This document shows, piece after piece, positions 49,763-60,752 of a stretch of DNA of 64,000 bases. The DNA is taken from contig CAWBUC010000020.1 in NCBI GenBank assembly GCA_963791865.1, positions 40,306 through 104,305 on the forward strand. Reading direction: 5' to 3'. Position 1 is the first letter of the stretch. Every line of letters starts with the position of its first letter. The position numbers were made by a program, and so were the translations under genes. The notes beneath the pieces were generated by a model. That model was not told the origin of the DNA. It did no database searches and saw only the letters and a list, made by a program, of their open reading frames with translations. Source of the stretch: an uncultured Actinomycetota bacterium (GTDB lineage Bacteria > Actinomycetota > Actinomycetes > Propionibacteriales > Propionibacteriaceae).

Positions 49763-50011
49763 CTATCGACGGCGAGGGCGGTCGACGTCGACGAAGTCGA
49801 CCCGGATCTGGTCGCGTCCCGCGAGGGCGCCGACCACGGTCCGCAACGCGGTGGCGGTGCGACCGGATCGCCCGATGACCTTGCCGATGTCGTCCGGATT
49901 CACCCGCACCTCGAGCATCCGTCCGCGACGCAGATCCTTATCGCGCACACTTACGTCGTCAGGGTGTGTGACGATTCCCCGAACCAGGTGCTCCAGCGCG
50001 TCAGCCAGCAC
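49763..50011 (-). CDS. khpA: KH-domain RNA-binding protein KhpA
   Basis: [17 protein letters not shown] and [11 protein letters not shown] motifs; lies between rpsP and rimM. Confidence 0.93.
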   Translation of the reverse strand: MLADALEHLVRGIVTHPDDVSVRDKDLRRGRMLEVRVNPDDIGKVIGRSGRTATALRTVVGALAGRDQIRVDFVDVDRPRRR

Positions 50012-50013
50012 CG

Positions 50014-50567
50014 TCACGCCTCGTTGACGGGGGTATCGGCGTCGGCGACTCCCGCGTCCGCGGCCTCCTGGGCCTCTTCTGGGCTCCCCTCGACCTTGGC
50101 TTCGGGCTGGCTGGGTTCGGATCGACTGGCTTCGGATACTGGCCACTGGCTTCGGACTCGGCTTCGGATCGACTGGCTTCGGATCGGCTGGCACGCCGAC
50201 TGGTGGTCGCCGAGCTGCTGGGCTCGTTGCCGGCCTCGGCCAGCGCGGCGTTGAAGGCGTCGGTCTTGCTCTTCTTCTCCGGTTGCGGCAGCACCCCCGA
50301 CGGCGAGGTGTCCCCGGAGTACCTCTGCCAGTCACCGGTCCGCTTCAGCAGGGCGATGACCGCCTCGGTCGGCTGAGCGCCGACCGAAAGCCAGTACTGC
50401 GCGCGCTCGGAGTCGACCTCGATCACTGACGGGTCGTTCTTGGGGTGGTACTTACCGATCTCCTCGATCGCGCGTCCGTCGCGCTTGGTGCGCGAGTCGG
50501 CGACGACGATGCGGTAGTGCGGCGAGCGGATCTTGCCCAGCCGCTTCAGACGGATCTTGACAGCCAC
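50014..50567 (-). CDS. rpsP: 30S ribosomal protein S16 with an acidic tail (frameshift in the tail)
   Basis: [29 protein letters not shown]; tail ends ...ADTPVNEA* at 50014 in another frame. Confidence 0.96.
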
Positions 50568-50746
50568 GTGTGTGGAAACTCCTGTTGGATGGGCCGGGGA
50601 TGCCCCGGTGGTGCGTGTGAGAGTCGTCTCGTTGGTGGGGACACCGCGAGGTGAGTCTCGATGAGTCCGAACCGGACGGTGGTGAGAGGGCACCGTCGGT
50701 ACAGACGCGCCCCACAGTGTGCCAGATCGGCCTCGGTTATCGCGAA

Positions 50747-51118
50747 CTACGGAGCCGGAGCGTGGCTGACCAGACCGAGGGTGTTGCCCTCGGAATCCCT
50801 GATGAACGCCATCCACTCACTCGTGCCGACCGGTCCGAGGGCGTCGTCGTGGTGGGTGAAGATCACGTGCGGTTCGGCCCGGACCTCGATGCCGTCCGCA
50901 CGGCACCGCTCGATCGCCTCGGCGACATCGGTCACCCGCAGATAGATGAGGGCGCTTGGGGCCTCCCGGTCCAGCAGCAGCCGGACCCCGTTAACCATGA
51001 AGAAGAGCAGACCCGGGGGGTCGAAGAAGCCGGCCGGTTCTGTCCCGAGCAAGCGAGAGTAGAACCGGCGGGCCCGATCGAGATCCTCAGCATGCTGCGC
51101 GACCTGGAACAGATCCAT
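50747..51118 (-). CDS. VOC / glyoxalase family protein
   Basis: [20 protein letters not shown] and [10 protein letters not shown] motifs. Confidence 0.9.
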   Translation of the reverse strand: MDLFQVAQHAEDLDRARRFYSRLLGTEPAGFFDPPGLLFFMVNGVRLLLDREAPSALIYLRVTDVAEAIERCRADGIEVRAEPHVIFTHHDDALGPVGTSEWMAFIRDSEGNTLGLVSHAPAP

Positions 51119-51148
51119 CTGCGAAGTGTCTCGCACTACCTTGTCCCC

Positions 51149-51862
51149 ATGCACACCCGAAGTGAAGACCGGACTGTCGACGGCCGGCAGGTGGTCTCGT
51201 CCCGTCCGGTCGAGGATGGGCCGTGGCCCGGGGTCGTGATGCTGCACGAGGCGTTTGGGATCGACGACGTGCTGCGCCGCCAAGCGGATCGGCTGGCCTC
51301 CGCGGGGTACCTGGTCCACGCGCCCGACCTGCTCGGCGAGGGCTTCCGCCTGGGTTGCATGATCAGCACCATCCGGTCGTACGCCGCCCGCAAGGGTCGG
51401 CCCTTCGAACTGATCGAGACCGTACGACAGCTTCTGGCCAGCGATCCGGAGTGCACGGGGCGCGTCGGGGTCATCGGCTTCTGCCTGGGTGGCGGCTTTG
51501 CCCTGCTGGTCGCGGGCCGCGGATTCGACGCCGCAGCCGTCAACTACGGCCAGATCCCGGCCGACGTCGACGACGTGTTGCGCGGGTCATGCCCCATGGT
51601 GGCCAGCTACGGGGAACGGGACCGGCTGCTCAGCGATGTGCCCCGGCTCGAGGCGGCGTTGGTCACCAACGACATTCCGAACGATCTGAAGACCTACCCG
51701 ACCGCAGGCCATAGCTTCCTGAACGACGAACCAAACGGTCCGCGCATCTTCCGGCCGCTGATGCGCATCGCGCACGTCGGTCCCGACCCCGTGGCGGCCG
51801 CCGACGCCTGGCAGCGGATCGAAGCGTTCTTTGCCGCGCGACTCGGCGGTCAGGAGGACTAG
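51149..51862 (+). CDS. Dienelactone hydrolase family protein
   Basis: HEAFG, GFCLGG and YPTAGHSF motifs. Confidence 0.92.
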   Translation: MHTRSEDRTVDGRQVVSSRPVEDGPWPGVVMLHEAFGIDDVLRRQADRLASAGYLVHAPDLLGEGFRLGCMISTIRSYAARKGRPFELIETVRQLLASDPECTGRVGVIGFCLGGGFALLVAGRGFDAAAVNYGQIPADVDDVLRGSCPMVASYGERDRLLSDVPRLEAALVTNDIPNDLKTYPTAGHSFLNDEPNGPRIFRPLMRIAHVGPDPVAAADAWQRIEAFFAARLGGQED

Positions 51863-51901
51863 TAGCCCTGCCCCACTCGCTGCCCGGCAAGAGTGTGAAT
51901 T

Positions 51902-51917
51902 ATGAGAGAACTCTCAT
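51902..51917. promoter_or_regulatory. AT-rich palindrome, candidate regulator site
   Basis: ATGAGAG-AA-CTCTCAT. Confidence 0.4.
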
Positions 51918-51961
51918 CGACAAGGGGCTCGTCTCCCACGTTGGCGTGCGTCAATAGGGAC

Positions 51962-52513
51962 ATGACCACTCAGGTGTCACCCCCTTCAACTTGGTCAAGA
52001 AGGGCTCTCGGAACTGGGGCGCGTTCCGCCAGAGCGGAGCTGGCCGCGCTGCACACCCACTTGGTGTTGCAGTTCCGATCCATGGTCGCCCAGCACCTTC
52101 CTGGCTGCGCCTTCGTTGCCGCCTACCCGAGCCAAGATTGTTCGCCCAACGAGATCCTTGTCATTCCCCTGCAGCGCGGAGCAGCCTTGTTCAGCATCGG
52201 ATTCCGCAACGATGACTGCACCAGCATGGACGTTCGCATCGGTGAACACGGCGTCTGGGAATGTTCTGATGCCGGGCAAACGGCTCACGCTCTCGCCGCC
52301 ACTGCCGAACAGCTGTTCAGCATCGCCCTGAGCGGACGCTACCGCGAGGAACGCTGGAGCCGCGCCGGGGCTGGCCGCTGCGTTGGCGTTCGGTCGTACT
52401 TCATGGACGACTCAGGAGAGTGGAAGGAGTTCGGAACTCCCCAGCAGTCTCGCTCGCAGTTCCATCCGGGCTCAGAGCTCACCGTCCAAGACCGTCGGTA
52501 CGAGCCGTACTGA
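51962..52513 (+). CDS. Hypothetical protein (start uncertain)
   Basis: Open frame filling the intergenic space; protein-like composition; no recognised motif. Confidence 0.5.
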   Translation: MTTQVSPPSTWSRRALGTGARSARAELAALHTHLVLQFRSMVAQHLPGCAFVAAYPSQDCSPNEILVIPLQRGAALFSIGFRNDDCTSMDVRIGEHGVWECSDAGQTAHALAATAEQLFSIALSGRYREERWSRAGAGRCVGVRSYFMDDSGEWKEFGTPQQSRSQFHPGSELTVQDRRYEPY

Positions 52514-52541
52514 TCACCGGTCAGAAGTCAGAAGGGGGTGC

Positions 52542-53263
52542 ATGATGGCGAACAGACGGCGCCTGGCGGCGGTGTCCGTGCTGTCCTGCGCGGCGTTACT
52601 CCTTCTCGGTTGCGCTCCCGACCGCCCCGTAGCCCTCGGGACGGAGGAAGTCACGGCGGGCACGGACGGAACTGAGCAGACAGCGCCGAACCCCAACGAA
52701 GCCAGGGGAACCCCCGAACCCGACGCGCCAACCCCAACCGAACCCGAACCCGACACACCAACCCCCGAACCCGAACCCGAACCCGACACACCAACCCCCG
52801 AACCTGAAGCCGACAGACCAACGCCGCCCACGGCCTCCCCTGCGTCAGCTGCCGCCTGTGCCCCTAGCTCGGGTACCGGTCAATCCAGCCGTGGCGCTCG
52901 CGCCGTTCCGGCAACGCTCCGCGATGACCGGGCCGAGCTTGACGTCGACGGCCAATCGGGTGACGGCCACAGCGTGTTCGTCGAGGAAGTGCAGCTCACA
53001 TTGGCCAATGGGTTCGTGGTGGTGTGCTCACTCGACGGCAACCAGCTGCTGGGCTTTCACCGGATTGCCCGCTCCCCAGGGAGCAATCCCTCAAGGTCGC
53101 CCTCACAGAGCGGCTCACCACAAGGACCCCGCTACTGGTCGAGCTGTACGCCGACGACGGCGACGGCAGTTTCGACGCGAACACGGACTCTCGCGTTTCG
53201 GGCGATGACGACGACATCACCGATCTCGAGGTGGAGCGGATCATTTACCGTTACAGTGGTTGA
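52542..53263 (+). CDS. Lipoprotein with a Pro/Glu/Thr-rich linker and an acidic beta-rich domain; frameshift near 53085
   Basis: Lipobox LLLGC; PEPDTPT repeats; C-terminal VELYADDGDGSFD in a second frame. Confidence 0.65.
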
Positions 53264-54834
53264 TCGTGCTCGTCCGTCAGGCGAAGTCGGCCGCGGGCGA
53301 ATCGGTGCCGGTGAGGGATGATCAACTGCGTCGCCATGATCACGTCGATGGTATTGATCAAGGTGAGGCCGGGACCCCGCGAGAGCGCGTGAGACCTCCT
53401 CGAGTGCATTCGGGACGCGTCCGGATCGTCGGGTCACTGGTCGCGTTGGTCGCGTTGGCCCTCGGTATCTCGATAACCACTGGCTATCTTGTTGCTCGTC
53501 AACGTCTCGACCAACGCATCGACGCAGAACTGACGCAAGAGGTCAACGCGGTTGTCGCCTTCGCGCAACGCGGGATCAATCCGGACACGCTTCGACCCTT
53601 CACCGACGTCCGGGAGATCCTCAGGGCCAGCGTCGGACGAAATCTGGTCGGCCGCAACGAGGCGATCATCACGGTGGTCAACGGGCAGCCCCATCTCCGC
53701 GACGATCACGACCCGCCGCTGCGATTGGACGAGCAGCCGGAGGTCGTGGCGCGTTTTGCCGCCTCGAGCCACCCGGCCCTAGGCACCATCCAGACGGCTC
53801 GAGGCGCCGTGCGCTACGGGGTCGTCCCGGTGCGTGTGTCGGGTTCGCCGGATACCGGTGTCTTCGTGGTCGCCGTCTTCAGCGACTTGGAGCGCGCCGA
53901 TCTCACCAGTGCGACGTGGACGTCCGCAGCGGTTGCCTTCGGCACCCTCGCCCTCGCCGCCGTCGCCGCCTTCGTGATTGCGGGACGCGTCCTGCGACCG
54001 ATCCGCCTCGTGCGGCAAACCGCCCAACAGATCTCCGCGACCGACCTGTCCCAGCGGATTCCGGTGGAGGGCAATGACGACGTGGCCGAACTGGCCCGCA
54101 CCTTCAACGGCATGCTCGATCGCCTCCAGACCGCCTTCGCCGCGCAACGGGAATTTCTCCATGATGCCGGTCACGAGCTGCGGACGCCCATCACCATCGT
54201 GCAGGGCCACCTCGAGCTGGCCGCAGCCGACCCGAGCGCGCGGGCAGAGTCCTTGGCGATCGTGATGGACGAGCTGGAACGGATGCGTCGCATGGTCGAC
54301 GACTTGCTCGTGCTCGCTCGGTCCGACAGCCCGAACTTCCTGCGCTTGAGCGAAGTCGACCTGGAGCCCTTCATCGATGAGGTCCTCGACAAGGCGCGGG
54401 CGCTGGCACCACGGGAGTGGCTTCTCGACCACCAGGCCGAAGGGGTCGCCTGGCTCGATCGCCAGCGCATCACCCAGGCGCTCCTGCAGCTTGCCCTCAA
54501 CGCCACCCAGCACACGAACACGGGCCAGGAGATCCATCTCGGCACGGACATTCGCGGCGATCAGTTACATCTCTGGGTGCGCGACACCGGTGCAGGGGTG
54601 CCGCAGGTCGACCGGGAGCGGGTTTTCGACAGGTTCGCTCGCGGGGACAGTGGCGGCGGCGACGGCTCGGGCATTGGTCTCGGCCTGGCCATTGTCCGCG
54701 CCATCGCTCAGGCCCACGGCGGCACCGTAGTCTTGGTCGAAAGCTCCGGGGGAGCAGAGTTTCGGCTGGAATTGCCATGGCGATCGCCAGCACGGAGACC
54801 TGGCAGCCGCCTCCCAGGAAACGATGCGGAGCTG
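53260..54834 (+). CDS. HAMP sensor histidine kinase (reads in frame into the response regulator)
   Basis: Two TMs, HAMP, H-box GHELRTP, N-box NATQH, D.G.G and GSGIGLGL. Confidence 0.88.
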
Positions 54835-55502
54835 ATGGGCGTGAGCCGAGTCTTGATCGCCGAGGATGAGACCCGCATCTCCTCCTTCATCGAGAAAGGC
54901 CTGCGAGCAAGCGGTCTGGCCACGACCGTGGTGGGGAGCGGCGTCCAGGCCCTGGCGATGGCGCGCAGCGGCGAGTTCGACTTGATGATCTTGGACATCG
55001 GGCTCCCCGAACTCGACGGCTTCACGGTGCTGCACGCCCTCCGCAGTGGATCAGTCGACTTGCCGGTCCTCATCCTTACGGCCCGCGACGGGGTCGAGGA
55101 CACGGTCGCGGGACTGGTGGGTGGCGCCGACGACTACATGTCCAAGCCGTTCCACTTCGATGAGCTGTTGGCCCGCGTTCAGCGCCGCCTGCGCGCCCCG
55201 AACCCATCCGTCGAGACCAACATCCTCACCCACGACGGAATCAGCTGGATCTGCACACCCGACGGCTCAACTGCGCTGGCCACACCACCGATCTGACCGC
55301 CCGCGAGTTCGCACTGGTCCAAATCTTCCTGACTCACCCCGGTCAAGTTTTCTCGCGCGAGCAGTTGCTCAGCCGCGTCTGGGGGTACGACTACGAGCCC
55401 GGGAGCAACATCGTCGAAACCTATGTCCGCTATTTGCGCCGGAAGCTCGGCGCAGACCGCATCGAGACCGTCCGCGGCATGGGCTACCGACTCCGGGACT
55501 GA
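54835..55502 (+). CDS. OmpR-family response regulator; frameshift near 55245
   Basis: VLIAEDE, LDIGLP, ILTARD, GADDYMSKPF; second frame LTAREF...VWGYD..NIVETYVRYLRRKL..ETVRGMGY. Confidence 0.9.
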
Positions 55503-55718
55503 CACCGGGCCAATGCCGGCCACCGGGCTCCTGCGGACCTGTGGCCAGAGCGTCGGCTCCAAAATAATCCGCGAAACCCCTTCGCGCCGACCCGCAAGAT
55601 CCTCCATACTTGCAGTCTCGGTCGCCGTACTCACTACCGACCCAAGGCATAGCTTGTGGGCATTGCCGAGACGCTGCTTGGGGGTCACCACGGAGTCGCT
55701 CGCGGAAGGAACTGCACT

Positions 55719-56786
55719 ATGGGAGGGCAATTCGAGTAGGAATCGTGGGCGTCGGTAATTGCGCGGCCTCACTCGTCCAAGGCGTTCAGTACTATCGCGA
55801 CGCGCCCGTCGATGACCGTGTGCCCGGGCTATGCACGTGAAGTTCGGGGATTATCACGTGCGAGATATCGAGTTCGTCACCGCGTTCGACGTCGACGCCA
55901 AGAAGGTCGGGCTGGACCTGTCCGACGCCATCGGTGCGAGCGAGAACAACACGATTAAATTCGCCGACGTTCCGCGGCTCGGCGTGCCGGTCTTGCGCGG
56001 ACATACCCTCGACGGTCTGGGTGAGTACTACCGAGAAACCATCGCGGAAGCTGATGACGAGCCGGTCGATGTGGTGGCCGCCTTGCGGGAGAACAGGGTC
56101 GACGTGCTGGTCTCGTACCTGCCCGTCGGGTCGGAACAGGCCGACAAGTTCTACGCACAGTGTGCGATCGACGCCGGCGTGGGTTTCGTCAACGCCCTGC
56201 CCGTGTTCATCGCCTCCGACCCCGTCTGGGCCCGAAAGTTCGCTGACGCGGGCGTACCCATCGTCGGTGACGACATCAAGAGTCAAGTGGGTGCGACGAT
56301 CACGCATCGCGTGCTGGCCAAGCTCTTCGAGGACCGGGGCGTGAGGCTGAACGCACCTACCAGCTGAACTTCGGCGGCAACATGGACTTCAAGAACATGC
56401 TGGAGCGTTCCCGGCTGAAGTCGAAGAAGATCTCCAAGACTCAGGCGGTCACGTCCCAGATCCCGCACGAGATGCGCGACGCCGACGTCCACATCGGTCC
56501 CAGCGACTTCGTCCCCTTCCTCGACGACCAAAAGCACGCTCTGGTCCGGCTCGAGGGGCGCGGCTTCGGCGATATCCCAATCCGCCTGGAGTACAAGCTC
56601 GAGGTCTGGGACTCGCCTAACTCTGCTGGCATCATTATCGATGCACTGCGCGCCTGCAAGATCGCCATGGACCGCGGCTTGGGAGGCCCGGTTCTCAGCG
56701 CGAGTTCTTACTTCATGAAGAGTCCACCCGTGCAGTACGACGACTCAACCGCGCGCGAAGAAGTCGAGCGGTTTCTGCGCGGCTGA
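55719..56786 (+). CDS. ino1: myo-inositol-1-phosphate synthase; frameshifts near 55720, 55830 and 56350
   Basis: [40 protein letters not shown] and [11 protein letters not shown] motifs. Confidence 0.92.
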
Positions 56787-57083
56787 ATCTTACCCTGAAC
56801 GCCCTTTGCTCACTGTTAATACGGCGTTCACCCGCGTGTCGTCTTGTGCTAATGTCGGGCATCGCAGTAAACGTCCCGCTGGCATGCGGGCCAGTGCTCC
56901 TCGACGTAGAGGGGCGTCGGTGGGACGTTCCTCGTAACGGCGGGTGGGGATCATGCCAGGACTGCTGGGGAGTCGACCGTGGTGGTGCGCGAGCATCGCT
57001 GCACCCGGTCGTGTATCACAGGCGCGGTTCGCGGCCTCTTACACCAAAGGCTCCCGCACCACGACACGAAGGATTTCGGACTG

Positions 57084-58082
57084 ATGAGTCGAGCTCTGGT
57101 CACCGGTGCAGCCGGCTTCATCGGAAGCCACCTCTGCGAGGAACTGCTGTCCCAGGGCTGGACCGTGCGCGCCGTGGACAGCTTCAACGACTTCTATAAC
57201 CCGGACTCCAAGCGTCGCAACATCGCACCCTCACGTGATCATCCCGGTTTCGAGTTGATCTCCGCAGACCTTTCTGATCTTCGGTTGGACGATGTCCTCG
57301 ACGGCGTCGATGCCGTCGCGCACCTGGCGGGCGAGCCGGGAGTGACCACGTCCTGGGGACCGGCGTTCGCTCGGTACATCGAGCGCAATGTCATGGCCAC
57401 CCAACGCCTGCTCGAGGCGGTCTCTCGACAAGGCCCACGGCCGTTCGTCTATGCGTCAAGCTCATCGGTCTACGGCACCGGCACCGATGCCCTGAGGGCA
57501 CGAGGCGAACCCAGACCGACCAGCCCGTACGGAGTCAGCAAGTTGGCCGCTGAGGCGCTGGTCGGATCGTATTCCAGCTCCTACGGCATCCCAGCCGTGT
57601 CGCTGCGTTACTTCTCGGTGTACGGGCCTCGCCAACGGCCCGACATGGCTGCGCACCGCTTCATCGAGGCGCTGCTCGATGGCCGGCCCATCACGGTCTT
57701 CGGTGACGGCACCCAGGTCAGGGACTACTCCTACGTCGGTGATGTGGTGGACGCCACGATCCGCTCGTTGTCCGCCGACCTGCCACTCGCAGCCGTTCTC
57801 GACATCGCCAGTGGTCACCCGGTGGACGTCAGAACACTGATCGGCTACTTGCGGGCGCAGCTTCGCAAGGACGGCGTCACCGTCGAGCAGCTCGGCGAGC
57901 GTCGCGGCGATGTGCAGCGCACGGCGGGACGGATCGACCTGGCGCAGGAACGCCTTCATTGGTCTCCGAGAACGGATCTGCCGTCGGGCTTGGCCCAGCA
58001 GATCGCCTGGCACGTCGGTCTCCGGTCGGGGCAGGCCATCGCCGACGAACCGTTGGCATCATTCTCGGGCAGCCAAGCATGA
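57084..58082 (+). CDS. NAD-dependent epimerase/dehydratase (UDP-glucuronate epimerase-like)
   Basis: TGAAGFIG, ASSSSVYG, YGVSK and YFSVYGPRQRPDMA motifs. Confidence 0.92.
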   Translation: MSRALVTGAAGFIGSHLCEELLSQGWTVRAVDSFNDFYNPDSKRRNIAPSRDHPGFELISADLSDLRLDDVLDGVDAVAHLAGEPGVTTSWGPAFARYIERNVMATQRLLEAVSRQGPRPFVYASSSSVYGTGTDALRARGEPRPTSPYGVSKLAAEALVGSYSSSYGIPAVSLRYFSVYGPRQRPDMAAHRFIEALLDGRPITVFGDGTQVRDYSYVGDVVDATIRSLSADLPLAAVLDIASGHPVDVRTLIGYLRAQLRKDGVTVEQLGERRGDVQRTAGRIDLAQERLHWSPRTDLPSGLAQQIAWHVGLRSGQAIADEPLASFSGSQA

Positions 58083-59341
58083 GAACGTCAACCTCACCGC
58101 GGCTCGTCGTTTACTCCCAAGACGGTCTGGGTCTTGGTCATCAGCGGCGAACCACCCTGCTCGCGAGCGAGTTCCTGGCGGCCGAGTCCAGCGCCAGCGT
58201 GCTCACCATCTCGGACTCGCCGCTGGGTCAGTTCTTTTCCACGGGCGTGGGCCACGACTACCTGAAGCTGCCGTCGATTCACAAAGTCGGACCGGGCGAC
58301 TGGCGACCACTGTCGTTGTCCCTGTCTTTTCCCGAGGTGCTGGAGGTGCGGCGGGAGATCATCCGAACCGCGGTGCTGAACTTTGCTCCAGACGTTGTCC
58401 TGGTCGATCACATGCCGCACGGCGCCATGGGTGAGCTCATCTCGACGCTGGAGGCTCTGCAGGGCAGCGGTACTCGCATCGTTCTCGGTCTTCGCGACAT
58501 TCTGGACGCGCCATCGGTTGTTCGTCGGCGGTGGCGGCTGGAGGGCGCGTACGACGCGGTGGAGCGGTACTTCTCCGATGTGCTGGTCTACGGATCCCAG
58601 AATGTCTTCGACGTGGCCGAAGAGTACGACTTTCCGGAAGTAGTCAGCCAGAAGCTGCGCTACTGCGGCTACGTTTGCTCACCACCCGCATACCGTTCGG
58701 TCGGCGATACGCCGCGCCGGCGTTATCTGCGCAACGCTGGTGACAGCGAGCTCATCGTCGCGATGGCGGGCGGCGGTGCCGATGCGGAGGCGCTTTTCTC
58801 CACCCTGTTGAGCGCTGCGCCCGCCATCAATGCCGAGCGACCATGCGTGGTCGTGATCGTGAGCGGTCCGTTCCTGCCGGCCCGCGAGCATCGCAAGCTG
58901 GTGCGGTTGGCCCGCGGCCTCCCGGTCCACGTCATCCGCAGTGTGTCCGACTCGATGACCTATCTCAATGCGGCGGACCTGGTCATTGCCATGGCCGGCT
59001 ACAACACCACCGCGGAGATTTTGACGCTCGACAAGCCGGCGTTGTTGGTGCCACGGCCCGGTCCAAGTGCCGAGCAGCAGATGCGGGCGAAGCTGTTCGC
59101 CGATCGCGGGTGGGTCAACTGGCTGCCGCCCGAGAATCTGTCGCCCGACGCCCTGGCCCAGGCGGCTCTCTCGGCGTTGACCACCCAGCGTCGTCAGCTC
59201 TCCCGGCCTGACCTGCGCGGTCGCCATGCGGCCGCACAGCTCCTTCTGACCAAGGTCGGTCACGGGACCTTCGCCAGCAGCGAGCCGGTCGAGATGGAAA
59301 CCATCGAGCTTCCCAGTGCGCACCTCCGTGGTTCAGGCTGA
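58079..59341 (+). CDS. Glycosyltransferase (GT-B, COG4671-like)
   Basis: YSQDGLGLGH.RR, VDHMPHG, LGLRDILD, GGGAD, MAGYNT..E and EQ..RA motifs. Confidence 0.88.
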   Translation: MRTSTSPRLVVYSQDGLGLGHQRRTTLLASEFLAAESSASVLTISDSPLGQFFSTGVGHDYLKLPSIHKVGPGDWRPLSLSLSFPEVLEVRREIIRTAVLNFAPDVVLVDHMPHGAMGELISTLEALQGSGTRIVLGLRDILDAPSVVRRRWRLEGAYDAVERYFSDVLVYGSQNVFDVAEEYDFPEVVSQKLRYCGYVCSPPAYRSVGDTPRRRYLRNAGDSELIVAMAGGGADAEALFSTLLSAAPAINAERPCVVVIVSGPFLPAREHRKLVRLARGLPVHVIRSVSDSMTYLNAADLVIAMAGYNTTAEILTLDKPALLVPRPGPSAEQQMRAKLFADRGWVNWLPPENLSPDALAQAALSALTTQRRQLSRPDLRGRHAAAQLLLTKVGHGTFASSEPVEMETIELPSAHLRGSG

Positions 59342-60752
59342 CGCACCAGTGCAGAAACAACACCTTCGCGGTGGCGTTTCGGTTCCCCGCCGGACCGGCG
59401 TGCGAGTCGCTGACGTGCTGGACGGTCGGCTCGGGACAGAGGGTATCCGCGAATTGGTGCACAACCCGCTGCAGCATGGCTTGGCCGATCTGGTTCGCCA
59501 ATGCCTTCCAGGTGGAGAACAGCTCAGTGGGACAGAGTTGCTCCGTACGAAGTACAAGCCCGGCCGCAAGCTCACCGCGTACTACCGGTTGCACGTCGGC
59601 GCGGAAGTTAGGCCCATTGCGCTCAGCTGGGCAACCGAGCGGCCCACCGACAGCGGCGCCGCCGACCTGCCGCATGACGCTCCCCGCCAGCTGGTCGCGC
59701 CCTTCGCGCGCCTCAGCGCACAAACCGACGGCGGACAGCTGGGCCTGCTGATCGCTCCCCTTGATCCGCAGCTGCCGCAGCTCATGCGGCTCAACGATCA
59801 CTCGTACGTGGCCGGCCTGCTCCAGGACCTGGAATCGGGCTCAAAGCTGCGGCCAGCCACGACCATCATCCAGGCGGTCCGCTACCGGCCCGGCCAGCGG
59901 CACGTGCTCCACGTCTCCGCCTCATCTGATGGTGACCGTAACGCCGTCTTCATCAAGCTCGACCGCGACAACCACGCGCTTCGAGCCGTACGGTTCGCTC
60001 AGGCCGTCGGGCCGCTGTTGGCTGAGCGCTGCCCCCAAGCGCGGCTCGTCGAACCGCTGGGCTATGCACAAGGAGACCAGGCGGCCGTCTATCGCGCGCT
60101 GACAGGCACGATGATGTCCCAGGAAATCCGCGATCCTGCTCGAGCGGCCGCCTGGATCTCGCTGATCGGCCAGGCGGTCCGTGTTCTGCACGACCTGGAC
60201 GCGCCGATCACGACCAGCGTCGCAACGGCAGATCAGTGGTCAGCGCCGTATGCCCCCGGGACGGAGCTGGCCTCCAGCCTGGGTGCCGGCCAGCATCTGA
60301 GTGCCCTCCTGCCTGAGCTCGGAGTGCGCTACCGGCGGATCGCGATGGAGGTCCTGAGGAGGCTCGAGGACCTACCCACCGAGGATCCTCGGCTCGGGCA
60401 CGGCGACCTCAAATGCGACAACATCCTGGCTGCGGGAGATCGGATCTGGCTCCTCGACCTGGATCGGACCGGCCTGGCGGAGCCGGCCATGGATCTGGGC
60501 AAGTTCCTGGCGGACCTGGCGTGGTGGGGGCACCACCACTCGGTGGACGTCGCAGGACTGGCCGATGCGTTTCTCGAAGGATATGGGCCCTGCGACCCGG
60601 CTCGGATCTCCCGTGCCCGCGTGATTGCGGTGCTGTTCCGACTGAAACTTGCGGCTCGGCGGACCCCTGTGCACGCGCTGGATTGGGAGGGGGAGGTGAC
60701 GCGCCAGGTCGGCGAGGCGGCCGCAAGTCTTCGTGAGGTGACGACCCGATGA
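59316..60752 (+). CDS. APH-like phosphotransferase 1
   Basis: KYKPGR and RYRPGQRHVL N-terminal motifs; HGDLKCDNIL; LLDLD; DLGKF. Confidence 0.85.
   Translation: MRTSVVQADAPVQKQHLRGGVSVPRRTGVRVADVLDGRLGTEGIRELVHNPLQHGLADLVRQCLPGGEQLSGTELLRTKYKPGRKLTAYYRLHVGAEVRPIALSWATERPTDSGAADLPHDAPRQLVAPFARLSAQTDGGQLGLLIAPLDPQLPQLMRLNDHSYVAGLLQDLESGSKLRPATTIIQAVRYRPGQRHVLHVSASSDGDRNAVFIKLDRDNHALRAVRFAQAVGPLLAERCPQARLVEPLGYAQGDQAAVYRALTGTMMSQEIRDPARAAAWISLIGQAVRVLHDLDAPITTSVATADQWSAPYAPGTELASSLGAGQHLSALLPELGVRYRRIAMEVLRRLEDLPTEDPRLGHGDLKCDNILAAGDRIWLLDLDRTGLAEPAMDLGKFLADLAWWGHHHSVDVAGLADAFLEGYGPCDPARISRARVIAVLFRLKLAARRTPVHALDWEGEVTRQVGEAAASLREVTTR

Noticed and set aside
52715-52810. PEPDTPT repeats, and similar short repeats at 1560-1590 and 25462-25504
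   Set aside because: Ordinary low-complexity protein linkers.
50014-56786. rpsP, response regulator and ino1 as pseudogenes
   Set aside because: Only isolated 1-nt indels with intact motifs, more consistent with read error.
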